Assembly: GCA_965656375.1 (NCBI GenBank)
Contig: CBFHKH010000001.1
Location: 281,319-345,318, forward strand
Source: Minisyncoccia bacterium
GTDB taxonomy: Bacteria; Patescibacteriota; Minisyncoccia; Phycocordibacterales; UBA9973
Direction: 5' to 3'
Length of the DNA stretch: 64,000 nucleotides
Part shown: piece after piece, positions 39,217-48,331 of the stretch
Position numbering within the stretch: position 1 is the first letter of the stretch
How the letters are laid out: each line of letters begins with the position of its first letter
Notes under the pieces: generated by a model
Seen by the model: the letters and a program-made list of their open reading frames with translations, nothing else
Told to the model about the DNA's origin: nothing
The model's database searches: none
Program-made: the position numbers and the translations under genes

Positions 39217-41169
39217 ATGTATATCGCTACTGTCATACCTATACAAAAAGGCCATCAGAAGGAGCATCTTTCATATTTTTCGGCGAGCGATATACCCCTC
39301 GGATCTATCGTAACAATCCCCGTGCGATCAAAGAAAGTCGATGCTATCGTCATACGTATCGAGGATGCACGTGAGATGAAGTCAGACCTCAAGCAAAGAG
39401 AATATCAACTCAAAAAAATTGAAAGTGTCAAAGGTCCATCACCATTTGGAAATGAATTCTTTGTCGCATGTAGCCGAATGAAAGACTACGCAGTAAGCAA
39501 CACCGGCGCTATCATCAAAGCGCTTCTGCCTACAGTTTTTCTAGAAAATATTTCTGAACTCAAGAATCCTGTGGCTCCACGTATCATAACGAGCACAGAA
39601 AATGTAAAACAAGAAAAGCTCATATTCCAAGCACTCACTCCAGATCGTATTAGTTGGTATCGGACTCTTATCCGCGAGGCATTTGCAAAGAAGGAATCAA
39701 TATTCCTCTGTGTACCGACACGATATGACATTGAGGAATGCACGCGAGAACTTACAAAAGGTATTGAACAGTATGTCTTCGCTTTTCATAGCGATATGAC
39801 AAAAAAAGCATTACTTCAGTCGTATAATGACGTACTCTCTCTCCCTCATCCAGTCCTGATCATTGGAACAGGAATGTTTCTTTCAATAGAAAGATCCGAC
39901 ATCAAGACTCTTATTGTAGAACATGAGAGCTCCGATACATACAAACAATTTAATAGGCCGTATCTCGATATTAGGAATTTCGCTGAAGTTCTCTCAAGTA
40001 TCAAAAACTGGAAGCTTATCCTAGCCGATACGCTTCTTCGACCAGATACGCTTTCTCGTCACGAAGAAGAAGGACTGGGAGAAGTTCATCCACCACTTTT
40101 TCGTCTTCCCGAAGTTGAGCGACAACTTGTCATCGATATGAAAGAAGAAGTAGACGACAAAGGCATCAAAAGCTTTACTGTGCTTTCTCATACAACACGG
40201 CAGATGATCGAGTTCGCCCTTGCGCATGATGAATCTGTCTTTCTCTTTTCCGTACGCAAAGGTCTGGCGGGAGTGACTGTATGTCATGATTGTGGACATA
40301 CGCTTTTATGCCCGTCATGTTCTACTCCTGTAGTGCTCTATGGTGCAAAGAGACGTGACCCAACAAAGACAGAATCGGAGCGAATATTTATGTGCAATAA
40401 ATGCGGACGGAAAGAGACAACAGAAGTGCGCTGCACAAATTGTACCAGTTGGAATCTTGTTCCACTCGGTATTGGTACTGATCGGGTGTATGAAGAGGTA
40501 GAGAAATTATTTAAAAATGCAACCATCATCCAGATTGACAAAGAATCAACGAGCACCGACAAAGAGGCTCGCGATGCAATCACCCGATTTACAAAAACAA
40601 AAGGTGCAATACTCATCGGTACTGAGATGGTATTTTCATACCTCCATAGCGAAGTGACTCACAGCGCACTTATTTCTCTCGACGGACTCCTCTCAATCCC
40701 AAGCTTCAATATCAGCCAAAAGATTCTCCACATTATCGAGAAGCTTCATTATGCAACAACCCGCAATCTCATCATCCAAACTCGCATTCCAGATAACCAG
40801 ATACTCAAATACATATTAAGTGGTAATGTGTTACCACTCTATCGTGAAGACCTTAAAGAACGGAGAGCATTCGGATACCCACCCTTTAAGCGATTGATAA
40901 AAATTACTTTCACTGGCACCGCAAAAGAAACAGAAAAAGCTCGCTCATATCTCAATCACGTGCTCGGAGCATATGATCCGCAAATCTTTTCTGCATTCAT
41001 TGGTCGAATCAAGGGACACTATATTACAAATACGGTCATTCGAGTTGACCCTCACTTGTGGCCGCTCCCAACTACAGAACGGAAAGGTGTAGACCGATCT
41101 CTCTTGGATACTCTTTCTACCCTTCCTCCATCATTCTCTATAAATGTAGATCCAGAGGACCTTTTGTAA
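39217..41169 (+). CDS. priA: Primosomal protein N' with degenerate helicase motifs
   Basis: CHDC...CPSC...CNKC...CTNC zinc motifs, GIGT, GYPPF, VDP end. Confidence 0.9.
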   Translation: MYIATVIPIQKGHQKEHLSYFSASDIPLGSIVTIPVRSKKVDAIVIRIEDAREMKSDLKQREYQLKKIESVKGPSPFGNEFFVACSRMKDYAVSNTGAIIKALLPTVFLENISELKNPVAPRIITSTENVKQEKLIFQALTPDRISWYRTLIREAFAKKESIFLCVPTRYDIEECTRELTKGIEQYVFAFHSDMTKKALLQSYNDVLSLPHPVLIIGTGMFLSIERSDIKTLIVEHESSDTYKQFNRPYLDIRNFAEVLSSIKNWKLILADTLLRPDTLSRHEEEGLGEVHPPLFRLPEVERQLVIDMKEEVDDKGIKSFTVLSHTTRQMIEFALAHDESVFLFSVRKGLAGVTVCHDCGHTLLCPSCSTPVVLYGAKRRDPTKTESERIFMCNKCGRKETTEVRCTNCTSWNLVPLGIGTDRVYEEVEKLFKNATIIQIDKESTSTDKEARDAITRFTKTKGAILIGTEMVFSYLHSEVTHSALISLDGLLSIPSFNISQKILHIIEKLHYATTRNLIIQTRIPDNQILKYILSGNVLPLYREDLKERRAFGYPPFKRLIKITFTGTAKETEKARSYLNHVLGAYDPQIFSAFIGRIKGHYITNTVIRVDPHLWPLPTTERKGVDRSLLDTLSTLPPSFSINVDPEDLL

Positions 41170-41214
41170 AATTCTTGCGTACTAAATTAGAATATGGTAG
41201 TATAATTCCTACAT

Positions 41215-41463
41215 ATGATTACAGTTATAGAGGTTAAGAAAAATACAAATGAGAGCAATATGAACCTGGTCCGTCGCTTTTCTCGAAAGGTTCAGGAGTC
41301 TGGCATCATTCAAAAAGTAAAGAGTAAGCGCTACAATGAACGATCACTCTCAAAGCTTAAGACTAAGCAAGCAACACTCAAGCGTATCAACCGACGCAAG
41401 AATCATGAGAAGCTCCTAAAATTAGGTAAAGCTCAGGTCGTTACAAAACGAGGTCATAGATAG
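41215..41463 (+). CDS. rpsU: 30S ribosomal protein S21
   Basis: ESNMNLVRRFSRKVQESG; basic. Confidence 0.8.
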   Translation: MITVIEVKKNTNESNMNLVRRFSRKVQESGIIQKVKSKRYNERSLSKLKTKQATLKRINRRKNHEKLLKLGKAQVVTKRGHR

Positions 41464-41466
41464 GAC

Positions 41467-41850
41467 ATGACTGTCGAATTCTGCACAATCACAAACAAGA
41501 CAAAAGGCAAGCTTCCACGCTTGCCTTTTGCTTCGATAAAGGAGGCTATTTTGGGGCCGACCTATGATCTTTCAGTAAGCTTTGTTGGAAAAGGTACTCA
41601 AAAGAAGTTCAATAGCATCTACCGAGGAAAAGACAAAACTACAAATGTACTTTCCTTTCCTCTTTCAAAAAATTCTGGAGAAATTACTTTTGATCTTGTA
41701 CAAGTAAAACGTGATGCTCCACTCTTTGAGATGACCTATTCGCAATTCTTAAAATTCCTCTTTATCCACGGATGCTTGCATTTGAAAGGTTTCGAACATA
41801 GTAGTACAATGGAGAAACAGGAGAAGAAATTTCTTGCGATGTTTTCGTAA
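41467..41850 (+). CDS. ybeY: rRNA maturation RNase YbeY
   Basis: YRGKDKTTNVLSF, IHGCLHLKGFEH. Confidence 0.93.
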   Translation: MTVEFCTITNKTKGKLPRLPFASIKEAILGPTYDLSVSFVGKGTQKKFNSIYRGKDKTTNVLSFPLSKNSGEITFDLVQVKRDAPLFEMTYSQFLKFLFIHGCLHLKGFEHSSTMEKQEKKFLAMFS

Positions 41851-41872
41851 CTAATCACTTCTCTCAATCACC

Positions 41873-43048
41873 ATGGCAAGAAGCAATTACACATGCGGCA
41901 TCGATATAGGTACTCACACGACTCGAGTCGTTATTATCGGTACCAGTAAGGATGGCAAAAATCCTGAACTTCTCGCAGTCGGTGCAGCTCCAACAAATGG
42001 CATGCGGCTCGGATACATCACCAATACTGATCACGTAGCACAAAGCATTAAACAAGCAGTCGCACAAGCAGAAAAAGCATTTGGAGGGAAAGTCCGTCGC
42101 GCACTTGTCTCTATCGGTGGGATTGGTCTTGCCTCCGTGATTTCAACAGGATCAGTTGTAGTTTCTCGAGCTGATCAAGAAATTACCCACCTCGATATTT
42201 CTAAAGCACTTGCAGATAGCGAAGAAAATCTCGAGATCATCAACAAAAAGATTGTTCATATAATTCCCTTGTCGTACAAGCTCGATGGTAAGGACATACA
42301 CGGTAGACCAGAAGGAATGAAAGGAATCAAGCTCGAAGTACGAACTCTTTTTGTCACTTGCCTCAAGCAAAATGTAGAAGATCTGATCACTGCCTGCGCA
42401 CTCGCTCATATTGAAGTAGAAGATGTCATCGCTTCACCTATCGCAGGCTCTTTAGTCCTACTTGGAACAAAACAAAAAGCTGCTGGCTGTGCCCTTATCG
42501 ATATTGGAGCAGAAACCGTATCGCTTGCTGTATTTGAAAACAATCTCCTTATCTCACTTCATGTATTTTCTATCGGCAGTATGGATATTACGAAGGATAT
42601 TGCACTCGGATTTAAAATCGCACTCGAAGAAGCAGAAAGTATTAAATTGGGCTCAGTCATTGGAGGTGATTATTCAAAAAAGAAACTAGATGAGATTATA
42701 GAAGCTCGCCTTGGCGATATATTTGAACTTGTGGAACGGGAACTTAAACGCATTCGACGCAATGAATTGCTTCCGGCTGGTGTGATACTTACTGGTGGTG
42801 GTGCATATGTAGCAAAGATAGAAGAACTCGCACGCACCGCACTTAAACTTCCCGCTCGAGTCGGGCCAGCTGACGGAACTCTCACGAGTAAATGGAAAAT
42901 CCGAGACGCGTCATGGTACACCGCGTTCGGACTTGCGCTCTCAATGCGCGATAGCGGAGGTTCAAACACACTTCATAGCTCAATCGGAGATAATGTAAAA
43001 GAAGTGAAGGGATTTTTCAAATCCATTCTCTCTCAACTTTTGCCATAA
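41873..43048 (+). CDS. ftsA: Cell division protein FtsA
   Basis: GIDIGT, IDIGAET, ITKDIA, VILTGGG; upstream of ftsZ. Confidence 0.95.
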   Translation: MARSNYTCGIDIGTHTTRVVIIGTSKDGKNPELLAVGAAPTNGMRLGYITNTDHVAQSIKQAVAQAEKAFGGKVRRALVSIGGIGLASVISTGSVVVSRADQEITHLDISKALADSEENLEIINKKIVHIIPLSYKLDGKDIHGRPEGMKGIKLEVRTLFVTCLKQNVEDLITACALAHIEVEDVIASPIAGSLVLLGTKQKAAGCALIDIGAETVSLAVFENNLLISLHVFSIGSMDITKDIALGFKIALEEAESIKLGSVIGGDYSKKKLDEIIEARLGDIFELVERELKRIRRNELLPAGVILTGGGAYVAKIEELARTALKLPARVGPADGTLTSKWKIRDASWYTAFGLALSMRDSGGSNTLHSSIGDNVKEVKGFFKSILSQLLP

Positions 43049-43165
43049 GTTCTGCTTTTGTCAAAAAAGACGAATCTAGCCTTTTTGGAAATTTCTGCTA
43101 TCATATACATACGTAGGTCTTACACCTGTAGTTATTAATAAGAAAAGGCACACGCCTTATAATAT

Positions 43166-44338
43166 ATGCCTAAAATTAATCCAGACATAGAATCATTCGC
43201 TCGCATTAAAGTTATTGGTATTGGCGGTTCAGGAAAGAATGCGCTTAATCACATGATCACCTCGAAGGTTCGTGGTGTTGAATTCATCGTAATGAATACT
43301 GACACACAGGACCTGCACAACTCATTTGCTGAAAAGAAAGTTCATCTTGGTAAGAATCTTACCAAAGGTCTTGGTGCGGGAATGAACCCTGAGATCGGCA
43401 AACGTGCCGCTGAAGAAACAAAAGCTGAAATTCAAGATGTCATCAAAGGCGCAGACATGGTATTTATCGCCTGCGGTATGGGAGGTGGTACTGGTACTGG
43501 TGCAGCACCGATAGTTGCGCAAGCTGCTAAAGAACAAGGTATCCTCACTGTCGCTGTCGTGACAAAGCCGTTTTCATTTGAAGGCAACCAGCGCATGAAA
43601 CTCGCAGAAGAAGGTCTCGCCCTTCTTGAGCGTGAAGTTGATGCGATACTTGTTATTCCCAATGACCGATTGATCGCTATTTCAAGCAAAGAAGTTGGCT
43701 TCCGTCAGGCATTTGCGATGTGTGACGAAGTTCTAAAGCAAGCAGTTGAAGGTATCTCCGAACTTATTACAACTCCAGGTATGATCAATGTAGACTTTGC
43801 TGATATTCGTGCAGTTATGCATGATGCTGGATCTGCTCTCATGGGAGTCGGTATTGCTGCAGGTGACGGTAGAGCAGAAAAAGCAGCACTTGAAGCGATC
43901 AATTCTCCTCTCCTTGATCTTTCTATTTCTGGTGCACGTGGAGTGCTCTTTGCAATCTCAGGTGGTGATGATCTCACAATCCATGAGATTCAAGAAGCTG
44001 CAAAGATCATCACTGAGTCTATAGACAAAGATGCAAAGGTTATATTTGGAACTATTCGTGATGACAAGCTCAAGAAGGGCGAGATGAAAGTCACTGTTAT
44101 CGCTACTGGCTTCCCTACTGATATGCCAAAACGCTCTCTATTCCAGAGTCAGGTAAAGATGGGTGGAGATACGGTCGCAACCGCAAGCAAAGAAGACATC
44201 CTTCAAGCGGTTACAAAAGAAACAGGTAAAGATCTCTCAAATGATTACGTGAAAAAGGCAGACAAGGATAATGATTTATTTATAGATGACACAGATGACT
44301 GGAGCACTGTTCCGGCATTCCTCCGAAGGAAAAAATAG
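43166..44338 (+). CDS. ftsZ: Cell division protein FtsZ
   Basis: GMGGGTGTG, INVDFAD, C-terminal VPAFLR. Confidence 0.99.
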   Translation: MPKINPDIESFARIKVIGIGGSGKNALNHMITSKVRGVEFIVMNTDTQDLHNSFAEKKVHLGKNLTKGLGAGMNPEIGKRAAEETKAEIQDVIKGADMVFIACGMGGGTGTGAAPIVAQAAKEQGILTVAVVTKPFSFEGNQRMKLAEEGLALLEREVDAILVIPNDRLIAISSKEVGFRQAFAMCDEVLKQAVEGISELITTPGMINVDFADIRAVMHDAGSALMGVGIAAGDGRAEKAALEAINSPLLDLSISGARGVLFAISGGDDLTIHEIQEAAKIITESIDKDAKVIFGTIRDDKLKKGEMKVTVIATGFPTDMPKRSLFQSQVKMGGDTVATASKEDILQAVTKETGKDLSNDYVKKADKDNDLFIDDTDDWSTVPAFLRRKK

Positions 44339-44412
44339 TAACTACCCTAAAACGACCTCATACACGAGGTCGTTTTGGTTTTTTACTAAATCTATATTAT
44401 AATTCTCCTACT

Positions 44413-44447
44413 GCTAGCTGCTAATTGCTAGTAGCTAAAAGCTATAT
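44413..44447. repeat. Tandem heptamer GCTANNN x5
   Basis: GCTAGCT GCTAATT GCTAGTA GCTAAAA GCTATAT just before the trxB ATG. Confidence 0.75.
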
Positions 44448-44448
44448 T

Positions 44449-45396
44449 ATGTACGATTTAATTATTCTCGGTGGAGGACCAGCAGGAACAGCTGCAGCTG
44501 TGTACGCTGCTCGTAAACAATTAAAAACAGCGATCATTACTGCCGAATTTGGTGGCCAATCTACCGTATCTGAACTTATATATAACTGGATCGGTACTCC
44601 TGAAATTTCCGGAGCAGATCTTGGTAAAAATTTGAAAGCACACACGTTATACTACAAAGGTCCATATCTTGATGTCTTTGATGGTGAAAAAGTGACGAAA
44701 GTTACCAAAGACAAAAATGGTGTTGAAGTAATCACAGAAGGAGGTACTACATATACATCCCACGCTCTTCTTGTGGCCACAGGTAGTGGTAGACGTAAGC
44801 TCGATGCAGTGAATGCAGATCAATTCGAACATAAAGGTATTACCTACTGTGCATCATGCGATGGTCCACTATTTGCTGATCAGGATGTGCTTGTCATTGG
44901 TGGAGGTAACGCTGGATTCGAAACAGCCGCGCAACTTCTTGCCTACTGCAAGAGTGTTACACTCATTCATCGTAGTGCGGACTTTAAGGCGGATGAGATT
45001 ACTGTAAAAAAGATACTTGAGAATCCGAAGTTCAAAGCTATCACTAATGCAGACATACTTCGTGTCGATGGCCAGCCTGCGCAGGCAGGCGAGCTACAAT
45101 TTGTTGGTTCGCTGACCTATAAAGACAAGCTCACTGGACTAGAACATTCGATTGAAACCACAGGAATATTTGTCGAAGTTGGTCAGATACCTAATACTGA
45201 TTTTATGAAAGGTGTAGTAGATATAGATACAGGCGGCAAGCTCATCGTCGACCCTATGACTCAAATGACCTCAGTTGCTGGTATTTGGGCCGCGGGTGAT
45301 TGCACAAATGGTAGATATCATCAAAATAATATCGCTGCCGGCGACGCTGTCAAAGCTCTCGAAGATCTCTATATCTGGATACAGAAGAATACATAA
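44449..45396 (+). CDS. trxB: Thioredoxin reductase / AhpF-like FAD oxidoreductase
   Basis: GGGPAG, CASCDG, GGGNAG, AAGDC. Confidence 0.88.
   Translation: MYDLIILGGGPAGTAAAVYAARKQLKTAIITAEFGGQSTVSELIYNWIGTPEISGADLGKNLKAHTLYYKGPYLDVFDGEKVTKVTKDKNGVEVITEGGTTYTSHALLVATGSGRRKLDAVNADQFEHKGITYCASCDGPLFADQDVLVIGGGNAGFETAAQLLAYCKSVTLIHRSADFKADEITVKKILENPKFKAITNADILRVDGQPAQAGELQFVGSLTYKDKLTGLEHSIETTGIFVEVGQIPNTDFMKGVVDIDTGGKLIVDPMTQMTSVAGIWAAGDCTNGRYHQNNIAAGDAVKALEDLYIWIQKNT
45075..45090. repeat. Short palindrome in frame inside trxB
   Basis: GCCTGC-GCAG-GCAGGC encoding PAQAG. Confidence 0.6.
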
Positions 45397-45426
45397 CAAA
45401 AAAGACTGCAGAAGCAGTCTTTTTTG

Positions 45427-46185
45427 TTATGTATTCGTTATTAAGATTTTTTCAAGTATTTCTAGTTCAGCTTTTGAATTTGGTTGTAAACCTTCAATAA
45501 TATTGGAAACTGGAACAGCCTCAATTTTCTTACTTTGATCACACGCAATCTTGATGAGGTCAGTTAAGTAGTACTCCCCTTGTGCATTTTCATTTTTAAG
45601 TGAATCTATATTTTTCCAAAGCCATTTTGTATCAAATGCATATAAAGCAGGGTTCAATTCTTTTATTCTCTTTTCATCTTCAGTTGCATCTTTGAACTCA
45701 GTAATTTTTTTTACTGATCCATCAGAGTCACGAATGATTCTACCAAAGTTCGTATACAGACCTACTCTCCAATCTTTAAAGTCAGGAACAACAACTGTTC
45801 CTATGGTAATCGTTGGGGTTTTCTCTATATGAGTTTTAATAATGTTTTGTATCGTTTGCATTGAAATAGTAGGTTGGTCGGCTGATATAACGAGAGTTAT
45901 ATCATTCTCTGGGTTTACAGATTCTTTTGCAGAAAGAACAGCATGACCTGTACCAAGCTGCTCTTTTTGAACAGCATATGTGTAACCATCACCAAGAGCT
46001 TCACGAATATAATCCCCCTTCTGACCTATGACTATAACTGGTTTGTCACAGACACCAGATGACTCAATAGTGTCTAAAATATGCTCAATAAACGGCTTTC
46101 CATTAAGTGGAGTGAGAGCCTTTGGTATTTCAGATTGCATTCTTTTACCGTGTCCTGCAGCAAGTATTATAATTTGGGTTTTCAT
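45427..46185 (-). CDS. Nucleotidyltransferase, GlmU N-terminal domain only
   Basis: ILAAGHGKRM, PKAL, EQLGTGHAV, NAQGEYYLTD; no hexapeptide domain. Confidence 0.88.
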   Translation of the reverse strand: MKTQIIILAAGHGKRMQSEIPKALTPLNGKPFIEHILDTIESSGVCDKPVIVIGQKGDYIREALGDGYTYAVQKEQLGTGHAVLSAKESVNPENDITLVISADQPTISMQTIQNIIKTHIEKTPTITIGTVVVPDFKDWRVGLYTNFGRIIRDSDGSVKKITEFKDATEDEKRIKELNPALYAFDTKWLWKNIDSLKNENAQGEYYLTDLIKIACDQSKKIEAVPVSNIIEGLQPNSKAELEILEKILITNT

Positions 46186-46277
46186 ATACTTTGCTATAGT
46201 AGCAGACTTACAATCTTTTTCCAACATCGTATTTTTGTGTTTTTGATAAAAAATGCTATACTCTTTAACATGTTTTT

Positions 46278-46349
46278 GGCCCTATCGTCTAACGGTTAGG
46301 ACATCGGCTTTTCAAGCCGGTAATCCGGGTTCGATTCCCGGTAGGGTCA
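46278..46349 (+). tRNA. tRNA-Glu(TTC)
   Basis: cloverleaf; anticodon arm TCGGC-TTTTCAA-GCCGG; GGTTCGATTCC; no encoded CCA. Confidence 0.95.
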
Positions 46350-46361
46350 CAGGTGCTGTAG

Positions 46362-46448
46362 GGAAAGGTGGCTGAGTGGTTGAAGGCACCGCTCTCGAAA
46401 AGCGGCAGGGGTGAAAGCTCCTCGAGGGTTCAAATCCCTCCCATTCCG
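46362..46448 (+). tRNA. tRNA-Ser(CGA)
   Basis: CCGCT-CTCGAAA-AGCGG anticodon arm, long variable arm, GGTTCAAATCC. Confidence 0.93.
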
Positions 46449-46458
46449 CAGGAAAAAC

Positions 46459-46531
46459 GCGCGGTTAGCTCAGTTGGTAGAGCGTCCCCTTGACGTGGGG
46501 AAGGCCACAGGTTCGAATCCTGTATCGCGCA
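46459..46531 (+). tRNA. tRNA-Val(GAC)
   Basis: TCCCC-TTGACGT-GGGGA anticodon arm; GGTTCGAATCC. Confidence 0.95.
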
Positions 46532-46574
46532 CAAATATATCTCCTTTTGCCCATATTTAGCAAGCTATTCTGGC

Positions 46575-46710
46575 TTGACTTTTAAGGTTATTTATGCTAT
46601 TATATTCAAGTAATTCGTTCTTTGAAAATTTAAAGCTTAGGTCTTGTTTATGAGGACAATTCTCGCCTTCCCTTCATTATTTGAAAGGTTAGCGTTGTCT
46701 TCATAAACAA
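46575..46710 (+). promoter_or_regulatory. Promoter, boxA-like motif and 17-bp leader hairpin
   Basis: TTGACT-17-TATTAT; GTTCTTTGAAAA at 46617-46628; TTGTTTATGAGGACAAT/GTTGTCTTCATAAACAA stem with 2 G-U pairs. Confidence 0.7.
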
Positions 46711-46737
46711 AAATTCTAAACTTTTAAAATAAACACT

Positions 46738-47238
46738 ATGTCATCACACAACACTTCACACGCAACAGAAACCGAAGCTTCAGATAAAAGCATACGGGCA
46801 ACTGTACCAGAACCAAAATTGTCAATTGTATTTGGAATAATTATCGGTATCATACTACTAATTATCACATTTGTGGTTGTCAAGAACCTGTATAAAAACA
46901 GGCCACAGGAATACTTCCTAACAAAAATCGGGTACGGTGGATATCTGGAAATTGAGGTTAGACCAAACCACACTCCATACAAGATATTCCTAACACCGAG
47001 CCGGGATTTCCATCAGATCTGGTCAGAAGACGAACTTGAAGTAATCACTCTAAGCAAAAGCAAGAGTGAAACAAGAAGAATACGTGGTAGATCCATAGTT
47101 AATGGATCATCATTCTCTTCCCATGCTGACTTCAATGCAATCTTGCTAAAGAACGAAACAAATCATTCAATCACCTTCAAAATCAGCAAGTGTCGTTCTC
47201 TCGAGGACAGCATCCCTAATTTTGGAATTAAAAACTAA
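46738..47238 (+). CDS. Hypothetical single-TM protein
   Basis: 166-aa ORF, one TM, downstream of promoter/hairpin. Confidence 0.75.
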   Translation: MSSHNTSHATETEASDKSIRATVPEPKLSIVFGIIIGIILLIITFVVVKNLYKNRPQEYFLTKIGYGGYLEIEVRPNHTPYKIFLTPSRDFHQIWSEDELEVITLSKSKSETRRIRGRSIVNGSSFSSHADFNAILLKNETNHSITFKISKCRSLEDSIPNFGIKN

Positions 47239-47242
47239 TCAC

Positions 47243-48289
47243 ATGCAAACATTTTTTTTAAATTTCGAAATTTTTATTTGTATAGCTGTAATCTTAGCAA
47301 CAGGTAAGATAGCATTCCCAACCTACACCTATACGTACAAATTTTCTTTGATCGTATGGTGTATTGGAATATGCATTTTTGCCTTTCAGCTTATCAGCAT
47401 CTCTTCAAACATTGATGTTGAACAAACCATTGATGCTGTACAGATTGTATCGTGCGTTGTGTCCTTAGCAATATGTAGTTTTACTGCGTATTTAAACGGA
47501 AGACAACTCACATACAAAACTATGACTATAGTTGTCTCCCGGGTAACCAACAAAGCAGTAGGAGTTATCGGTCCAGGAATAGGTTCTATAGATCCGTGGT
47601 TTGAAATCACCGCAAAACCTATTAGCCTGAAAGCTGAAGAAGTTCGCATTAAAGAAACACCATGGATGCAAACAGGTACGCGAGGCATCTTAGCTCGAAT
47701 ACTTGAAATTAGCATTATGCTTCAATGTAAAGGTAACAGTGATTCTAAATCTAAAGGTAACAGTGATCCTAAGAGTATAATTTCTCTCTATAACATTGTA
47801 GGTGGAGTAGAAACTGTTATAGAGCGCATTAAAAACTTCGCTGATGAATTCTTTTTGGATGAAGTTGGTGTTGTGGAAGCTCAAAAATTAGATACTGGTA
47901 GAAAGAAATTCAGAGAAGCTATGCGGATAAAATTAGAAAAAGAAATAAATCATTTTTGCTGTGAGAATGGATATCCCTATATAGTTAAGCAGATATTGAT
48001 AGGTGATACCGAACTTTCTAAACAGTACTACGATGCATTGGCCGAACTTGCTTTGACCATCCTAAGGGAAAATGCATTGAATAAGAGCGCAGAGATGACT
48101 GGTGAGAGGGTTAGAGCTCTTGGAAAAGTTTTATTGCCTACTGGCAGTGAATCACAGCAGTTTGAAGCTGCTCAGATAACACTGAAAGAAATCAAGAAAA
48201 CAATTGAGGATAAGAAATTTGGAGTTGATGCTGATATGGCAAAACTTATCAAATTGATTGTTCCAGTTCTTTTCAAGTCTCGCAAGTAA
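47243..48289 (+). CDS. Membrane protein with probable divergent SPFH/band-7 domain
   Basis: 3 TM, then VIGPGIGSIDPWFE, ILIGDTEL and helical tail. Confidence 0.55.
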   Translation: MQTFFLNFEIFICIAVILATGKIAFPTYTYTYKFSLIVWCIGICIFAFQLISISSNIDVEQTIDAVQIVSCVVSLAICSFTAYLNGRQLTYKTMTIVVSRVTNKAVGVIGPGIGSIDPWFEITAKPISLKAEEVRIKETPWMQTGTRGILARILEISIMLQCKGNSDSKSKGNSDPKSIISLYNIVGGVETVIERIKNFADEFFLDEVGVVEAQKLDTGRKKFREAMRIKLEKEINHFCCENGYPYIVKQILIGDTELSKQYYDALAELALTILRENALNKSAEMTGERVRALGKVLLPTGSESQQFEAAQITLKEIKKTIEDKKFGVDADMAKLIKLIVPVLFKSRK

Positions 48290-48303
48290 GAAAATCAAAT
48301 TTT

Positions 48304-48331
48304 AAGTCCCAGCACACGCTGGGACTTTTTT
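48304..48331. terminator. Terminator between convergent units
   Basis: AAGTCCCAGC-ACAC-GCTGGGACTT-TTTT. Confidence 0.8.

Noticed and set aside
46259-46270. boxA-like TACTCTTTAACA before the tRNAs
   Set aside because: Overlaps the TATACT -10 box, so most of it would not be transcribed.
46362-46448. A-A mismatch in the tRNA-Ser acceptor stem as a pseudogene sign
   Set aside because: Single mismatch; all other arms are intact.
46278-48330. Integrative element at the tRNA cluster
   Set aside because: No integrase and no duplicated tRNA 3' end found.
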